A DNA stretch of 64,000 nt from a virus (Duplodnaviria; Caudoviricetes): the IMG/VR virus record IMGVR_UViG_3300025723_000026, positions 12,301-76,300 of that record. One strand, 5' to 3'. A program made the position numbers and the translations under genes. Positions 9,038 through 15,482 of this stretch are shown piece by piece; position 1 is the first letter of the stretch; each line of letters opens with the position of its first letter. The notes under the pieces are model-generated. The model was given only the letters and a program-made list of their open reading frames with translations. It ran no database searches and had not been told where the DNA came from.

Positions 9038-9211
9038 TTATTGACAATGATAATTGAGGTAACGTTGAGCGGCTTTAGCTGTTAAACCACCTTTACCTTT
9101 TAATGAACGTGCTTTAGAACATGTAAGCTTACCTTTAACCTGACGTTTAAGAATGCCTGGGTGACGTGGTTCATCGATACTTTTTTCTGTTACATATTCC
9201 TTAAAAGTCAT
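9038..9211 (-). CDS. Small basic protein (57 aa) with capsid-targeting-like N-terminus
   Basis: Not in ORF track: MTFKEYVTEKSIDEPRHPGILKRQVKGKLTCSKARSLKGKGGLTAKAAQRYLNYHCQ; TAAATA upstream. Confidence 0.75.
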   Translation of the reverse strand: MTFKEYVTEKSIDEPRHPGILKRQVKGKLTCSKARSLKGKGGLTAKAAQRYLNYHCQ

Positions 9212-9223
9212 AAAGTTATTTAA

Positions 9224-9313
9224 TGGAGGAAGCTGAGGGATTCGAACCCTCGGAGGCGATAAAGCCTCGGTTGTTTAGTAAACAACTCTCTTAAACCGCT
9301 TGAGTAAGCTTCC
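9224..9313 (-). tRNA. tRNA-Ser(ACT), rare A34 anticodon
   Basis: Arm GTTGT-TTACTAA-ACAAC; long Ser-type variable arm; acceptor GGAAGCT/AGCTTCC; CCA. Confidence 0.9.
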
Positions 9314-9319
9314 ATAAAA

Positions 9320-9392
9320 TGGTGTCTCTTGAAGGTAACGCTCCTTCTCATCATCGTTCGTAGCGACGAGTCTAAAGTCTTTTAGAAGAGAC
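9320..9392 (-). tRNA. Atypical tRNA-Arg(ACG)
   Basis: Acceptor GTCTCTT/AAGAGAC plus ACCA; arm CGTCG-CTACGAA-CGATG; aberrant D-arm and T-loop AGCGTTA. Confidence 0.7.
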
Positions 9393-9398
9393 ATAAAA

Positions 9399-9473
9399 TG
9401 GTCAGGAGGCTGGGATTTGCACCCAAACCGATTCTTTCACAGAGAATAATGCTACTATTACACCACAACCTGA
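9399..9473 (-). tRNA. Atypical tRNA-His(GTG)
   Basis: Arm ATTCT-CTGTGAA-AGAAT; two acceptor mismatches; A73; T-loop TGCAAAT; CCA. Confidence 0.75.
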
Positions 9474-9479
9474 TAAAAA

Positions 9480-9556
9480 TGGCGGAGTTAACGGGACTCG
9501 AACCCGCACTCACTCGCGTGACAGGCGAGTGCTTTAACCAATTAAGCTACAACTCC
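9480..9556 (-). tRNA. tRNA-Asp(GTC)
   Basis: Arm CTCGC-CTGTCAC-GCGAG; G73, CCA. Confidence 0.95.
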
Positions 9557-9561
9557 GTTCG

Positions 9562-9635
9562 TAGGACTAGATGGACTCGAACCATCAACCCTTTCGTTAT
9601 CAACGAAATGCTCTGACCGGTTGAGCTATAGTCCT
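9562..9635 (-). tRNA. tRNA-Ile(GAT), CCA not encoded
   Basis: Arm TTTCG-TTGATAA-CGAAA; acceptor AGGACTA/TAGTCCT. Confidence 0.94.
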
Positions 9636-9644
9636 GTAGAAAAT

Positions 9645-9720
9645 TGGTGGCAGGAGCGGGAATCGAACCCGCAATCTTTGCGTTATGAGCGCAACGACTT
9701 AACCGTTTGTCCATCCTGCG
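9645..9720 (-). tRNA. tRNA-Met(CAT), possibly initiator type
   Basis: Loop CTCATAA; C1xC72 mismatch as in formylatable initiators, but no triple G-C anticodon stem. Confidence 0.88.
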
Positions 9721-9731
9721 TCAAAAAAAAA

Positions 9732-9806
9732 TGGTGGAACCGTCGAGACTCGAACTCGAAACCAATTCGTTAAAAGCGAACTGCTCTACCATTGAGCTAC
9801 GATTCC
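9732..9806 (-). tRNA. tRNA-Lys(TTT), second copy
   Basis: Loop CTTTTAA; acceptor GGAATCG/CGGTTCC; CCA. Confidence 0.92.
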
Positions 9807-9813
9807 GAGAATA

Positions 9814-9895
9814 TGGGCAGAGAAGGACTCGAACCTTCGAACTCCGAAGAGAGGAGATTTACAGTCTCCGGCAATTGCCGCTATGCGATCTACCC
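9814..9895 (-). tRNA. tRNA-Tyr(GTA), CCA not encoded
   Basis: Arm GGAGA-CTGTAAA-TCTCC; long variable arm. Confidence 0.94.
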
Positions 9896-9907
9896 TTAAA
9901 AAATGGT

Positions 9908-10321
9908 TTATGACGGTTTTGAACGTCTTTTATGGTAATGAAAATCTGCATGACAGTTTCTACAAAGAGGTATACACTTTTTAATTTCTTCCTGTAAGAG
10001 CTGCGTGTTATATCTATTAACAAAATAAGATATTTCATTTGCTTTCGTACTCGGATCTACATGATGTAAATCTAAACACCAAGGACGATCTTCATTACAC
10101 TTTGTGCATTTAAGTGTAGCTTTATATTCAAGAAATTTATTTCTAAAATTAGCGTTCGATTTATACGCACTAGCAATATATTTTTTCTTATTTGCGTCGT
10201 AATGTTTTCTAGCGTACTTGTTTTTTGCACATTGCTTACAATAGGGAAAATAACCATGCTTTGTATTTTTATAATATGAATTAAGTGACTTTGTCTCTTT
10301 ACATTGACTACAGGTTTTCAT
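9908..10321 (-). CDS. HNH homing endonuclease with N-terminal Zn finger
   Basis: CSQCKETK...YCKQC; CTKC.E...LDLHHVDP..K...CIPLCRNCH..FH. Confidence 0.88.
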   Translation of the reverse strand: MKTCSQCKETKSLNSYYKNTKHGYFPYCKQCAKNKYARKHYDANKKKYIASAYKSNANFRNKFLEYKATLKCTKCNEDRPWCLDLHHVDPSTKANEISYFVNRYNTQLLQEEIKKCIPLCRNCHADFHYHKRRSKPS

Positions 10322-10357
10322 GTCTCCAAATATTTATTGTTTTGGAGGCTATTTTTA

Positions 10358-10434
10358 TGGCACGGAGAGTAAGAATCGAACTTACCCAGTCGGATTTGGA
10401 GTCCAACTCGCCTATCCTTGGAACATTTCTCCGC
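10358..10434 (-). tRNA. tRNA-Trp(CCA)
   Basis: Arm TTGGA-CTCCAAA-TCCGA; G73, CCA. Confidence 0.9.
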
Positions 10435-10450
10435 ATATAAAAATAAAAAA

Positions 10451-10533
10451 TGGAGCCAGTGGAGGGACTCGAACCCCCGTTGTTTGTATACCGCTTTACA
10501 AAAGCGGTGCTGTCGCCGCTGAGCCACACTGGC
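10451..10533 (-). tRNA. tRNA-Thr(TGT) with 12-nt variable region
   Basis: Arm CCGCT-TTTGTAA-AGCGG; acceptor GCCAGTG/CACTGGC; CCA. Confidence 0.9.
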
Positions 10534-10610
10534 ATATTTTAATTTGACAATATGAGTAGTACGCCACGGCCGGTCAAATTAGCGACCGCGGCTCAACAAC
10601 CAACTAGAAA

Positions 10611-10622
10611 TTTCAAGGAACA
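10611..10622 (-). promoter_or_regulatory. boxA-like antitermination element in the tRNA-array leader
   Basis: TGTTCCTTGAAA resembles rrn boxA TGCTCTTTAACA; preceded by a CCCC-TTAAT-GGGG hairpin. Confidence 0.55.
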
Positions 10623-10658
10623 AAAAACCCCATTAAGGGGCTTTCGAATATACTTATG

Positions 10659-10686
10659 ATTATACATACTATCGTGCAATCTACAA
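10659..10686 (-). promoter_or_regulatory. sigma70-type promoter driving the main tRNA array
   Basis: TTGTAG-N16-TATAAT with TG immediately 5' of the -10. Confidence 0.65.
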
Positions 10687-10703
10687 GCTAAAAATAAATT
10701 TTT

Positions 10704-10877
10704 TTATTCGTGATGAAGTTGCGAAGTAGGTAGAGGACGATAGGAGCGAATAAGCTTTCTAACACCACTAATTGTTATTACCGAGCCCATAATAAAAACA
10801 ATGAGGACGCATCCAAGGATTATCCTCATTTTAAGGATTTGAATAAAGTCCTGCTCTCGTTGTTGTTCTAATCTCAT
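10704..10877 (-). CDS. Small single-TM protein (57 aa)
   Basis: Not in track: MRLEQQREQDFIQILKMRIILGCVLIVFIMGSVITISGVRK... Confidence 0.55.
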   Translation of the reverse strand: MRLEQQREQDFIQILKMRIILGCVLIVFIMGSVITISGVRKLIRSYRPLPTSQLHHE

Positions 10878-10878
10878 T

Positions 10879-11133
10879 TTAAGCAGCTACACTCCTCGAA
10901 AAGTTCTTCACACAGCTCCTACTACCAATAGGCTCATAATACATCTTTGTTTCCTTAAAGGATTGAGGAGACATAATTTGAATCTCAGCTCCTGTCTTGT
11001 GAGAAAAAACCATACGACCAAGTCTTGGCTTTACGACGTTATGCTTATGAGCACATGACGAGCAAAATACCGTATTAGGGAGTACTTCAAGTCGTTCAGG
11101 TTCAATAATATTTGTACAAGTTCTACAGTTCAT
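10879..11133 (-). CDS. DksA/TraR-type C4 zinc-finger protein
   Basis: MNCRTCTNIIEPERLEVLPNTVFCSSCA matches CxxC..I...RL..LP....C..C. Confidence 0.75.
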   Translation of the reverse strand: MNCRTCTNIIEPERLEVLPNTVFCSSCAHKHNVVKPRLGRMVFSHKTGAEIQIMSPQSFKETKMYYEPIGSRSCVKNFSRSVAA

Positions 11134-11134
11134 A

Positions 11135-11245
11135 TCACCAAAATTTATGAATAAAATGAATAGCGATATAAATGACACTAGTCCATAGTGCTAAGCTGAG
11201 TAAAAATGCCGTTAACCAGGATAGAAGAATTTGCCAGGATTTCAT
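11135..11245 (-). CDS. Small membrane protein (36 aa)
   Basis: MKSWQILLSWLTAFLLSLALW...; GAGG RBS. Confidence 0.5.
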   Translation of the reverse strand: MKSWQILLSWLTAFLLSLALWTSVIYIAIHFIHKFW

Positions 11246-11246
11246 A

Positions 11247-11402
11247 TTATTTCCTCTTCTTTCCTGCATCTGAGCGTTGAGCTCGAGACTTAACGCCGAA
11301 CAACCGCCGACGTGCGGCGGTTTCCTTTTGCTCTTTTGCTGCAAAACTAGTCTTAGAAGTATTAGCTCCCCAGACTTTTACGATGTTGTTTTTTGTTGCC
11401 AT
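11247..11402 (-). CDS. Small basic protein (51 aa)
   Basis: MATKNNIVKVWG...RSDAGKKRK; longer track ORF overlaps tRNA-Leu. Confidence 0.6.
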   Translation of the reverse strand: MATKNNIVKVWGANTSKTSFAAKEQKETAARRRLFGVKSRAQRSDAGKKRK

Positions 11403-11416
11403 AATTGTAATGAAAT

Positions 11417-11504
11417 TGGTAGTGCGGGTGGGATTTGAACCCACAATGTTTCTAATGTAAGGGATTTTAAGTCCCTTGCGTTTCACCAATTTCGCCACCG
11501 CACC
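11417..11504 (-). tRNA. tRNA-Leu(TAA)
   Basis: Arm AGGGA-CTTAAAA-TCCCT; long variable arm; A73, CCA; no intron. Confidence 0.95.
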
Positions 11505-11519
11505 ATATTTTCTAAATTG

Positions 11520-11843
11520 TCAATACCAGTTTAGATAGACTGGTTGATTATTGCAATCTAAAAATTCATTTTGTTTAAACTCTACACACTTATATGTGCC
11601 TATCTCCTCAAGAAAAAGTTTATCTCCTGATGTCATAGGATTTACATATCGCATACCATCTCTAGTAATTGGAGTTTTATGAACAATATGACCAAGTTCG
11701 CACGCTGCTTTGAGAAGAGTTTTTTCTTTACCAGTTCTTGATACTTTCTTTTGAGCACGTTCAATGACCCGGTGCATCTTCTTAAAAGATCTTTCTAGAT
11801 CTTTAGCTTTAGTATCGATATCCTTAAGAATGTATTGTTTCAT
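11520..11843 (-). CDS. Hypothetical protein
   Basis: 107-aa ORF between two tRNAs. Confidence 0.65.
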   Translation of the reverse strand: MKQYILKDIDTKAKDLERSFKKMHRVIERAQKKVSRTGKEKTLLKAACELGHIVHKTPITRDGMRYVNPMTSGDKLFLEEIGTYKCVEFKQNEFLDCNNQPVYLNWY

Positions 11844-11850
11844 TTTAAAA

Positions 11851-11925
11851 TGGTGCGACAGGTCAGAGTTGAACTGACTTCCTTCCCGTTATGAGCAGGC
11901 CGCTCGACCGTTGAGCTTCTATCGC
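11851..11925 (-). tRNA. tRNA with CAT anticodon (elongator Met or Ile2)
   Basis: Loop CTCATAA; acceptor GCGATAG/CTGTCGC; CCA. Confidence 0.85.
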
Positions 11926-12069
11926 GTTAAATTATTCTTATATATTACCGGAAAAGAAAATATGTTTCAAGCAGCAAAAGCACAACACCGAAAATAATTG
12001 AAGCCTTTATTACTGTAGGATGATTCCAGATATCTTGAAGAAAGATACGAATAGGATTAAGCTTAATCA

Positions 12070-12240
12070 TTAAGGTAGCTGCTCCTCAGGAGGATTCAAA
12101 AGATCCTTAATCTCAGCGTTAATGCGCTTGATCTCATCGCCAAAAGCTTTAGCTGTAGACTTCTTACGTAACTTAGTTTCTTCGAGTTCTTGAACGAGTT
12201 GGTATACCTGGGCTTCTCTGGATGGTTTTGGGTTTGACAT
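12070..12240 (-). CDS. Small coiled-coil protein (56 aa)
   Basis: Not in track: MSNPKPSREAQVYQLVQELEETKLRKK...; promoter TTGCTT-N16-TATAAT just upstream. Confidence 0.6.
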   Translation of the reverse strand: MSNPKPSREAQVYQLVQELEETKLRKKSTAKAFGDEIKRINAEIKDLLNPPEEQLP

Positions 12241-12289
12241 TACTGATGATTATACATATATTTTTGTGTAAAGCAAGCGATTTTTATAG

Positions 12290-12381
12290 TGGTACTCCTG
12301 CCCGGTTCTGCCCCGGGATCGCGCCCTCATCTAGGACTTCTGGTGTATAAGACCAGTGTTTTACTGTTAAACTACAGGAGC
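12290..12381 (-). tRNA. tRNA-Ile(TAT) with 22-nt variable arm and atypical T-loop
   Basis: Acceptor GCTCCTG/CAGGAGT, A73, CCA; arm CTGGT-CTTATAC-ACCAG; extra hairpin GTCCT-AGATG-AGGGC; T-arm CCCGG-GGCAGAA-CCGGG. Confidence 0.82.
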
Positions 12382-12382
12382 A

Positions 12383-13186
12383 TTATGTATCTATAATAGA
12401 TTCTGAACTCGAATCATCAAGCTTTTTTCTCTGAATATTTGTATAAAGCTGTTTTAATTTACTAATAAATTCTTTAAAATACTTTTGATAGGCTGGATTG
12501 GACTTATTACGATAGAGTGTATTAATGAATCCGTTATAGTCAGATAGAAATTGTGGTACAACAACTTCAGAAATCTTTGTAGAGTTAATGAGGTTTGCTA
12601 TTGACTTGAGAAGAAGCATACGTCTGCTCTTCCAAAAGGTTCTTCCTGAACCTGATTTACTACGACGATAGAGTTCTTTTTGCTGAAGATCAATTTCGTG
12701 CAAGATTGCAGCTATCTGAACAGGGAACTCATTTTGTGCTGTATAATAATCTCTCTTACTACCTACCTTATTGCCAGCTGTTGCTTTGAGATAGGCTTCT
12801 GTTGGTTTTTTATAATTCTTAGCATGAAAAAGCTCATGCACTATCTTATTACGTTTTGTATTATTCGGTAGAGCACTATACTTTTGATAGTTTAATGAGA
12901 TAGTATCTGTTTTTCTATCATAGTCAGCATCACCAAGACTCTCGTCAAAATTGACAGATACATATGCTTTACTTTCTTTACGTTTTACCTCATCATAGTA
13001 CTTTATTGACCCCAAGATCATTGTACCGTCTTGCTGTAATCTCTTTGCATACAATTCCTTAGGATCATTATTTCCTATCACTGTAGGATTAAAGAACTTT
13101 AAGTATGTATTATATACAAGACTAACCTGTCTCTCTTCTTCATCTGAGAGAGTACTCTCTACTATAAAGGATTTAAAGGGAAGCAT
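12383..13186 (-). CDS. Hypothetical protein with HExxH (zincin-like) motif
   Basis: IVHELFH; N-terminus MLPFKSFIVE resembles capsid-targeting leaders. Confidence 0.7.
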   Translation of the reverse strand: MLPFKSFIVESTLSDEEERQVSLVYNTYLKFFNPTVIGNNDPKELYAKRLQQDGTMILGSIKYYDEVKRKESKAYVSVNFDESLGDADYDRKTDTISLNYQKYSALPNNTKRNKIVHELFHAKNYKKPTEAYLKATAGNKVGSKRDYYTAQNEFPVQIAAILHEIDLQQKELYRRSKSGSGRTFWKSRRMLLLKSIANLINSTKISEVVVPQFLSDYNGFINTLYRNKSNPAYQKYFKEFISKLKQLYTNIQRKKLDDSSSESIIDT

Positions 13187-13195
13187 TAAAGATAC

Positions 13196-13378
13196 TTATC
13201 GACCCTGCTTTATCTTTCTATCTAACGCCTTTTGCTTGCGCTTACGCTTTTGACCTGATGACTCAAAATATCGGTGATTACGTACTTCCTCTAAAACACT
13301 ATCAGAATCTATTTTAGTTTTAAGACGTCTTAAAACACGATCAATATCTTCACCTTTTCTTACTTCTACCGAATGCAT
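13196..13378 (-). CDS. rpsU: Ribosomal protein bS21 homolog
   Basis: VEVRKGEDIDRVLRRLK.K.....LEEVR..RYFE....KRKRK pattern; 60 aa, basic C-terminus. Confidence 0.85.
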   Translation of the reverse strand: MHSVEVRKGEDIDRVLRRLKTKIDSDSVLEEVRNHRYFESSGQKRKRKQKALDRKIKQGR

Positions 13379-13381
13379 ATT

Positions 13382-13744
13382 CTATTGCTGATGTAAAGCT
13401 AAATCAACAAGCCTATCATACTGATCCTCTTCTATCTCATGATGCTTACCCTCGTCCTTGTATACTACAAAGTAATCATAATAATAACGATCACCATCAC
13501 TATACCTATCATCCCATACAACATAGACTCTACCGTTGTTAATACCTACATGTGCTCTAGCTTGATTTCCAATTGAAACATATTGCTCAACCCAACTTTT
13601 ATCTTGTAACTGTTTTTGTAATTCTTTATGTTCAGCTTCTGGTTCATGTACTTTAGCTGAAGAAGGCATTTGTTCACGGAAATCTGAATCTGATTCCTGA
13701 TAAATTCTTGTGTACGCTTCGGCAATAAGCTGTTCGTCGTTCAT
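13382..13744 (-). CDS. Hypothetical late protein
   Basis: ATAAATA upstream; MNDEQLIAEAY leader. Confidence 0.7.
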   Translation of the reverse strand: MNDEQLIAEAYTRIYQESDSDFREQMPSSAKVHEPEAEHKELQKQLQDKSWVEQYVSIGNQARAHVGINNGRVYVVWDDRYSDGDRYYYDYFVVYKDEGKHHEIEEDQYDRLVDLALHQQ

Positions 13745-13759
13745 ATGTCGAATTATTTA

Positions 13760-14134
13760 TTAAAAATCATCGTTGTTTTCTATAATAGCGGTCTCTGCTT
13801 TTAGTTTTTCAAGATGAGCTACAATTTCTTGGGTTACAAGCTCTTTTGCTTCTTCCTCCATCCATCCATAATGACAAATAGCTTCATTACTCTTTCGTTC
13901 TTCAATAAGATAACAGAGTTCACTGAGCTCAGAGAAAATAGCTTTGACTCTCTGATTATGTCCACGAACAAAATCTGCACGAGATAGCTCATGATTAATG
14001 ATTCTATTCTGTACATACCAGTTATAGATATGCTTATTGAATTCCTCTGTTAGTTCGATTTCTTCTAAGGAATATTCGTTATTCATTTTCAGGTAATTTC
14101 CAAATAATATATCCAGCTCTCTCATCGTATTCAA
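13760..14134 (-). CDS. Hypothetical protein
   Basis: 124-aa ORF in operon. Confidence 0.6.
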   Translation of the reverse strand: MNTMRELDILFGNYLKMNNEYSLEEIELTEEFNKHIYNWYVQNRIINHELSRADFVRGHNQRVKAIFSELSELCYLIEERKSNEAICHYGWMEEEAKELVTQEIVAHLEKLKAETAIIENNDDF

Positions 14135-14279
14135 GAGAAAGCTTCATAAATTTACTATATAGACTCCAGGCAGGCCCTGCAATAAGCTTACGAGTTATTT
14201 CACTCCAATCAGTACGGCAGACGATCTTCCAACAAATATTACCGAGATGGTAAAATAGTAAAGCTAAAAATTTATTCAT
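14079..14279 (-). CDS. Hypothetical protein
   Basis: 66-aa ORF in operon. Confidence 0.55.
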   Translation of the reverse strand: MNKFLALLFYHLGNICWKIVCRTDWSEITRKLIAGPAWSLYSKFMKLSLEYDERAGYIIWKLPENE

Positions 14280-14292
14280 GTAGATATATAAT

Positions 14293-14532
14293 CTACTTTT
14301 TTTGTTTACCGAGCTTCTTTACAAAGAAGTTAATCTTTGCCTGTTCCATAGTCTTCTCGACAACAATCCAGCGAAGTGGTTTTCCTTCGTGCTCGTTTTG
14401 CTCATTAAAAATAGCTCTACGAATAATTGATTCACGTTCATCGTAAGTAGGCTCATACTTAAAGACAATAGTCCTAGTATACTTTGTTTCGTTCTTAGGT
14501 TTTGATTTTGCTTTTAATGGTAATTTAGCCAT
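14293..14532 (-). CDS. Hypothetical protein
   Basis: 79-aa ORF after promoter TTGTAA-N17-TAGTAT. Confidence 0.65.
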   Translation of the reverse strand: MAKLPLKAKSKPKNETKYTRTIVFKYEPTYDERESIIRRAIFNEQNEHEGKPLRWIVVEKTMEQAKINFFVKKLGKQKK

Positions 14533-14576
14533 TTCTATATACTATAGGAATTATATTTTTTTACAAGCTTAAAAAG

Positions 14577-14603
14577 TGCTCCAGGTGCTCAACCAGAAAC
14601 TAA
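14577..14603. repeat. Inverted repeat arm in hsp20 3'UTR (partner 15136-15160)
   Basis: tgctc-c-aggtgctcaacc-a-gaaactaa matches the reverse complement of 15136-15160. Confidence 0.9.
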
Positions 14604-14611
14604 ATTAAACT

Positions 14612-15097
14612 TTATTTAACCTCGATACTAATATTGTGTACCTCCGGTTTCACTGTCGGGACCTTAACTCGTAGTAACCCGTCGGTGTATGTTGATGAGA
14701 TGTTTTTAACATCCGTATTGTCATTAAGAGAGAAGGACAATTGTCCCTTTCTACGGCTAATGCCTTTACGATGGAAGACTACTGTCTCATCATATTCAAC
14801 TTCTTCCTTATCAACAGCGATCACGAGCTTACCCTCCTTGACCGATACGTTGATATTATCCTTTCCTACACCAGCCAATGCTACTTCGATGTAGTAGGTG
14901 ATTGGGTTGCCGTCTGGATCGGTTTCTGATACAATGTTATAAGGATAGACTGCATTTGGAATATCAAATGCTTTATCGAAGTCCTTAATGACATCGGTTA
15001 GCCACTTATCGTTAAACAGCGCAGGGAGGTGACTGAATCCCGTCGCTGTAGCAGGAATGATCCTGCCAATCGTGTATGGTGTTATTGTGTTTGTCAT
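14612..15097 (-). CDS. Small heat-shock protein (Hsp20/alpha-crystallin family)
   Basis: YPYNI...Y.IEVALAG....NI.V.V..G.L.I...HRKGISRR....FSL......A/STYTDGLL.V.VP; AGGAG RBS. Confidence 0.95.
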   Translation of the reverse strand: MTNTITPYTIGRIIPATATGFSHLPALFNDKWLTDVIKDFDKAFDIPNAVYPYNIVSETDPDGNPITYYIEVALAGVGKDNINVSVKEGKLVIAVDKEEVEYDETVVFHRKGISRRKGQLSFSLNDNTDVKNISSTYTDGLLRVKVPTVKPEVHNISIEVK

Positions 15098-15135
15098 ATG
15101 TTTTCTCCTTTGTTAAGCGAGTTAATATGTTCACT

Positions 15136-15160
15136 CTAGTCTCGGTTGAGCACCTGAGCA
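15136..15160. repeat. Inverted repeat arm in hsp20 5'UTR (partner 14577-14603)
   Basis: ctagtctcggttgagcacctgagca, 4 nt downstream of a TATAAATA promoter on the minus strand. Confidence 0.9.
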
Positions 15161-15164
15161 ATAT

Positions 15165-15172
15165 TATTTATA
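15165..15172 (-). promoter_or_regulatory. T4-type late promoter
   Basis: Exact TATAAATA; related TAAATA motifs precede many late genes. Confidence 0.75.
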
Positions 15173-15237
15173 TAGGCTATTCTAAAAAATAGCAATTATT
15201 TTTTATACCGATAATAAAAGTAAAGTGTTATAAGATA

Positions 15238-15468
15238 TCAAACAATACCAAAACAATAATTTACAAATAACCAGAGCTGAAATCCTTTACCTAAGAGATA
15301 AAACATTGCAAACACATACCCTGCTAAAACAAGATAAATCATCGCAGCAGAAAAATCTTTAGCAGATTTTGTTTTAAAGAGTTTATAGAGCTGAGGGAAC
15401 CAACTTACTGCCCAACATATAGACATGAGAAACCCGCTTATTTCAATGGCATCTCTCGTAATCTGCAC
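15238..15468 (-). CDS. PQ-loop / SemiSWEET-family membrane protein, possibly truncated by a TGA
   Basis: SWFPQLYKLFKTKSAKDFS PQ-loop motif; frame continues 13 codons past the TGA. Confidence 0.8.
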   Translation of the reverse strand: MQITRDAIEISGFLMSICWAVSWFPQLYKLFKTKSAKDFSAAMIYLVLAGYVFAMFYLLGKGFQLWLFVNYCFGIV

Positions 15469-15482
15469 GTAAATATTTAAGC

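Noticed and set aside
7916-10547. Track ORFs overlapping tRNAs (7916-8107, 9398-9616, 9707-9913, 10308-10547) and the N-terminal extensions of the 6404 and 11247 ORFs
   Set aside because: They are read-throughs of tRNA genes with no coding signature
11417-11504. Group I intron in tRNA-Leu(TAA), the classic insertion site
   Set aside because: The anticodon loop is uninterrupted
14577-15160. DNA invertible element around hsp20
   Set aside because: Disfavoured, not excluded: no recombinase nearby, and the mismatches are G:U-compatible on the transcribed strand
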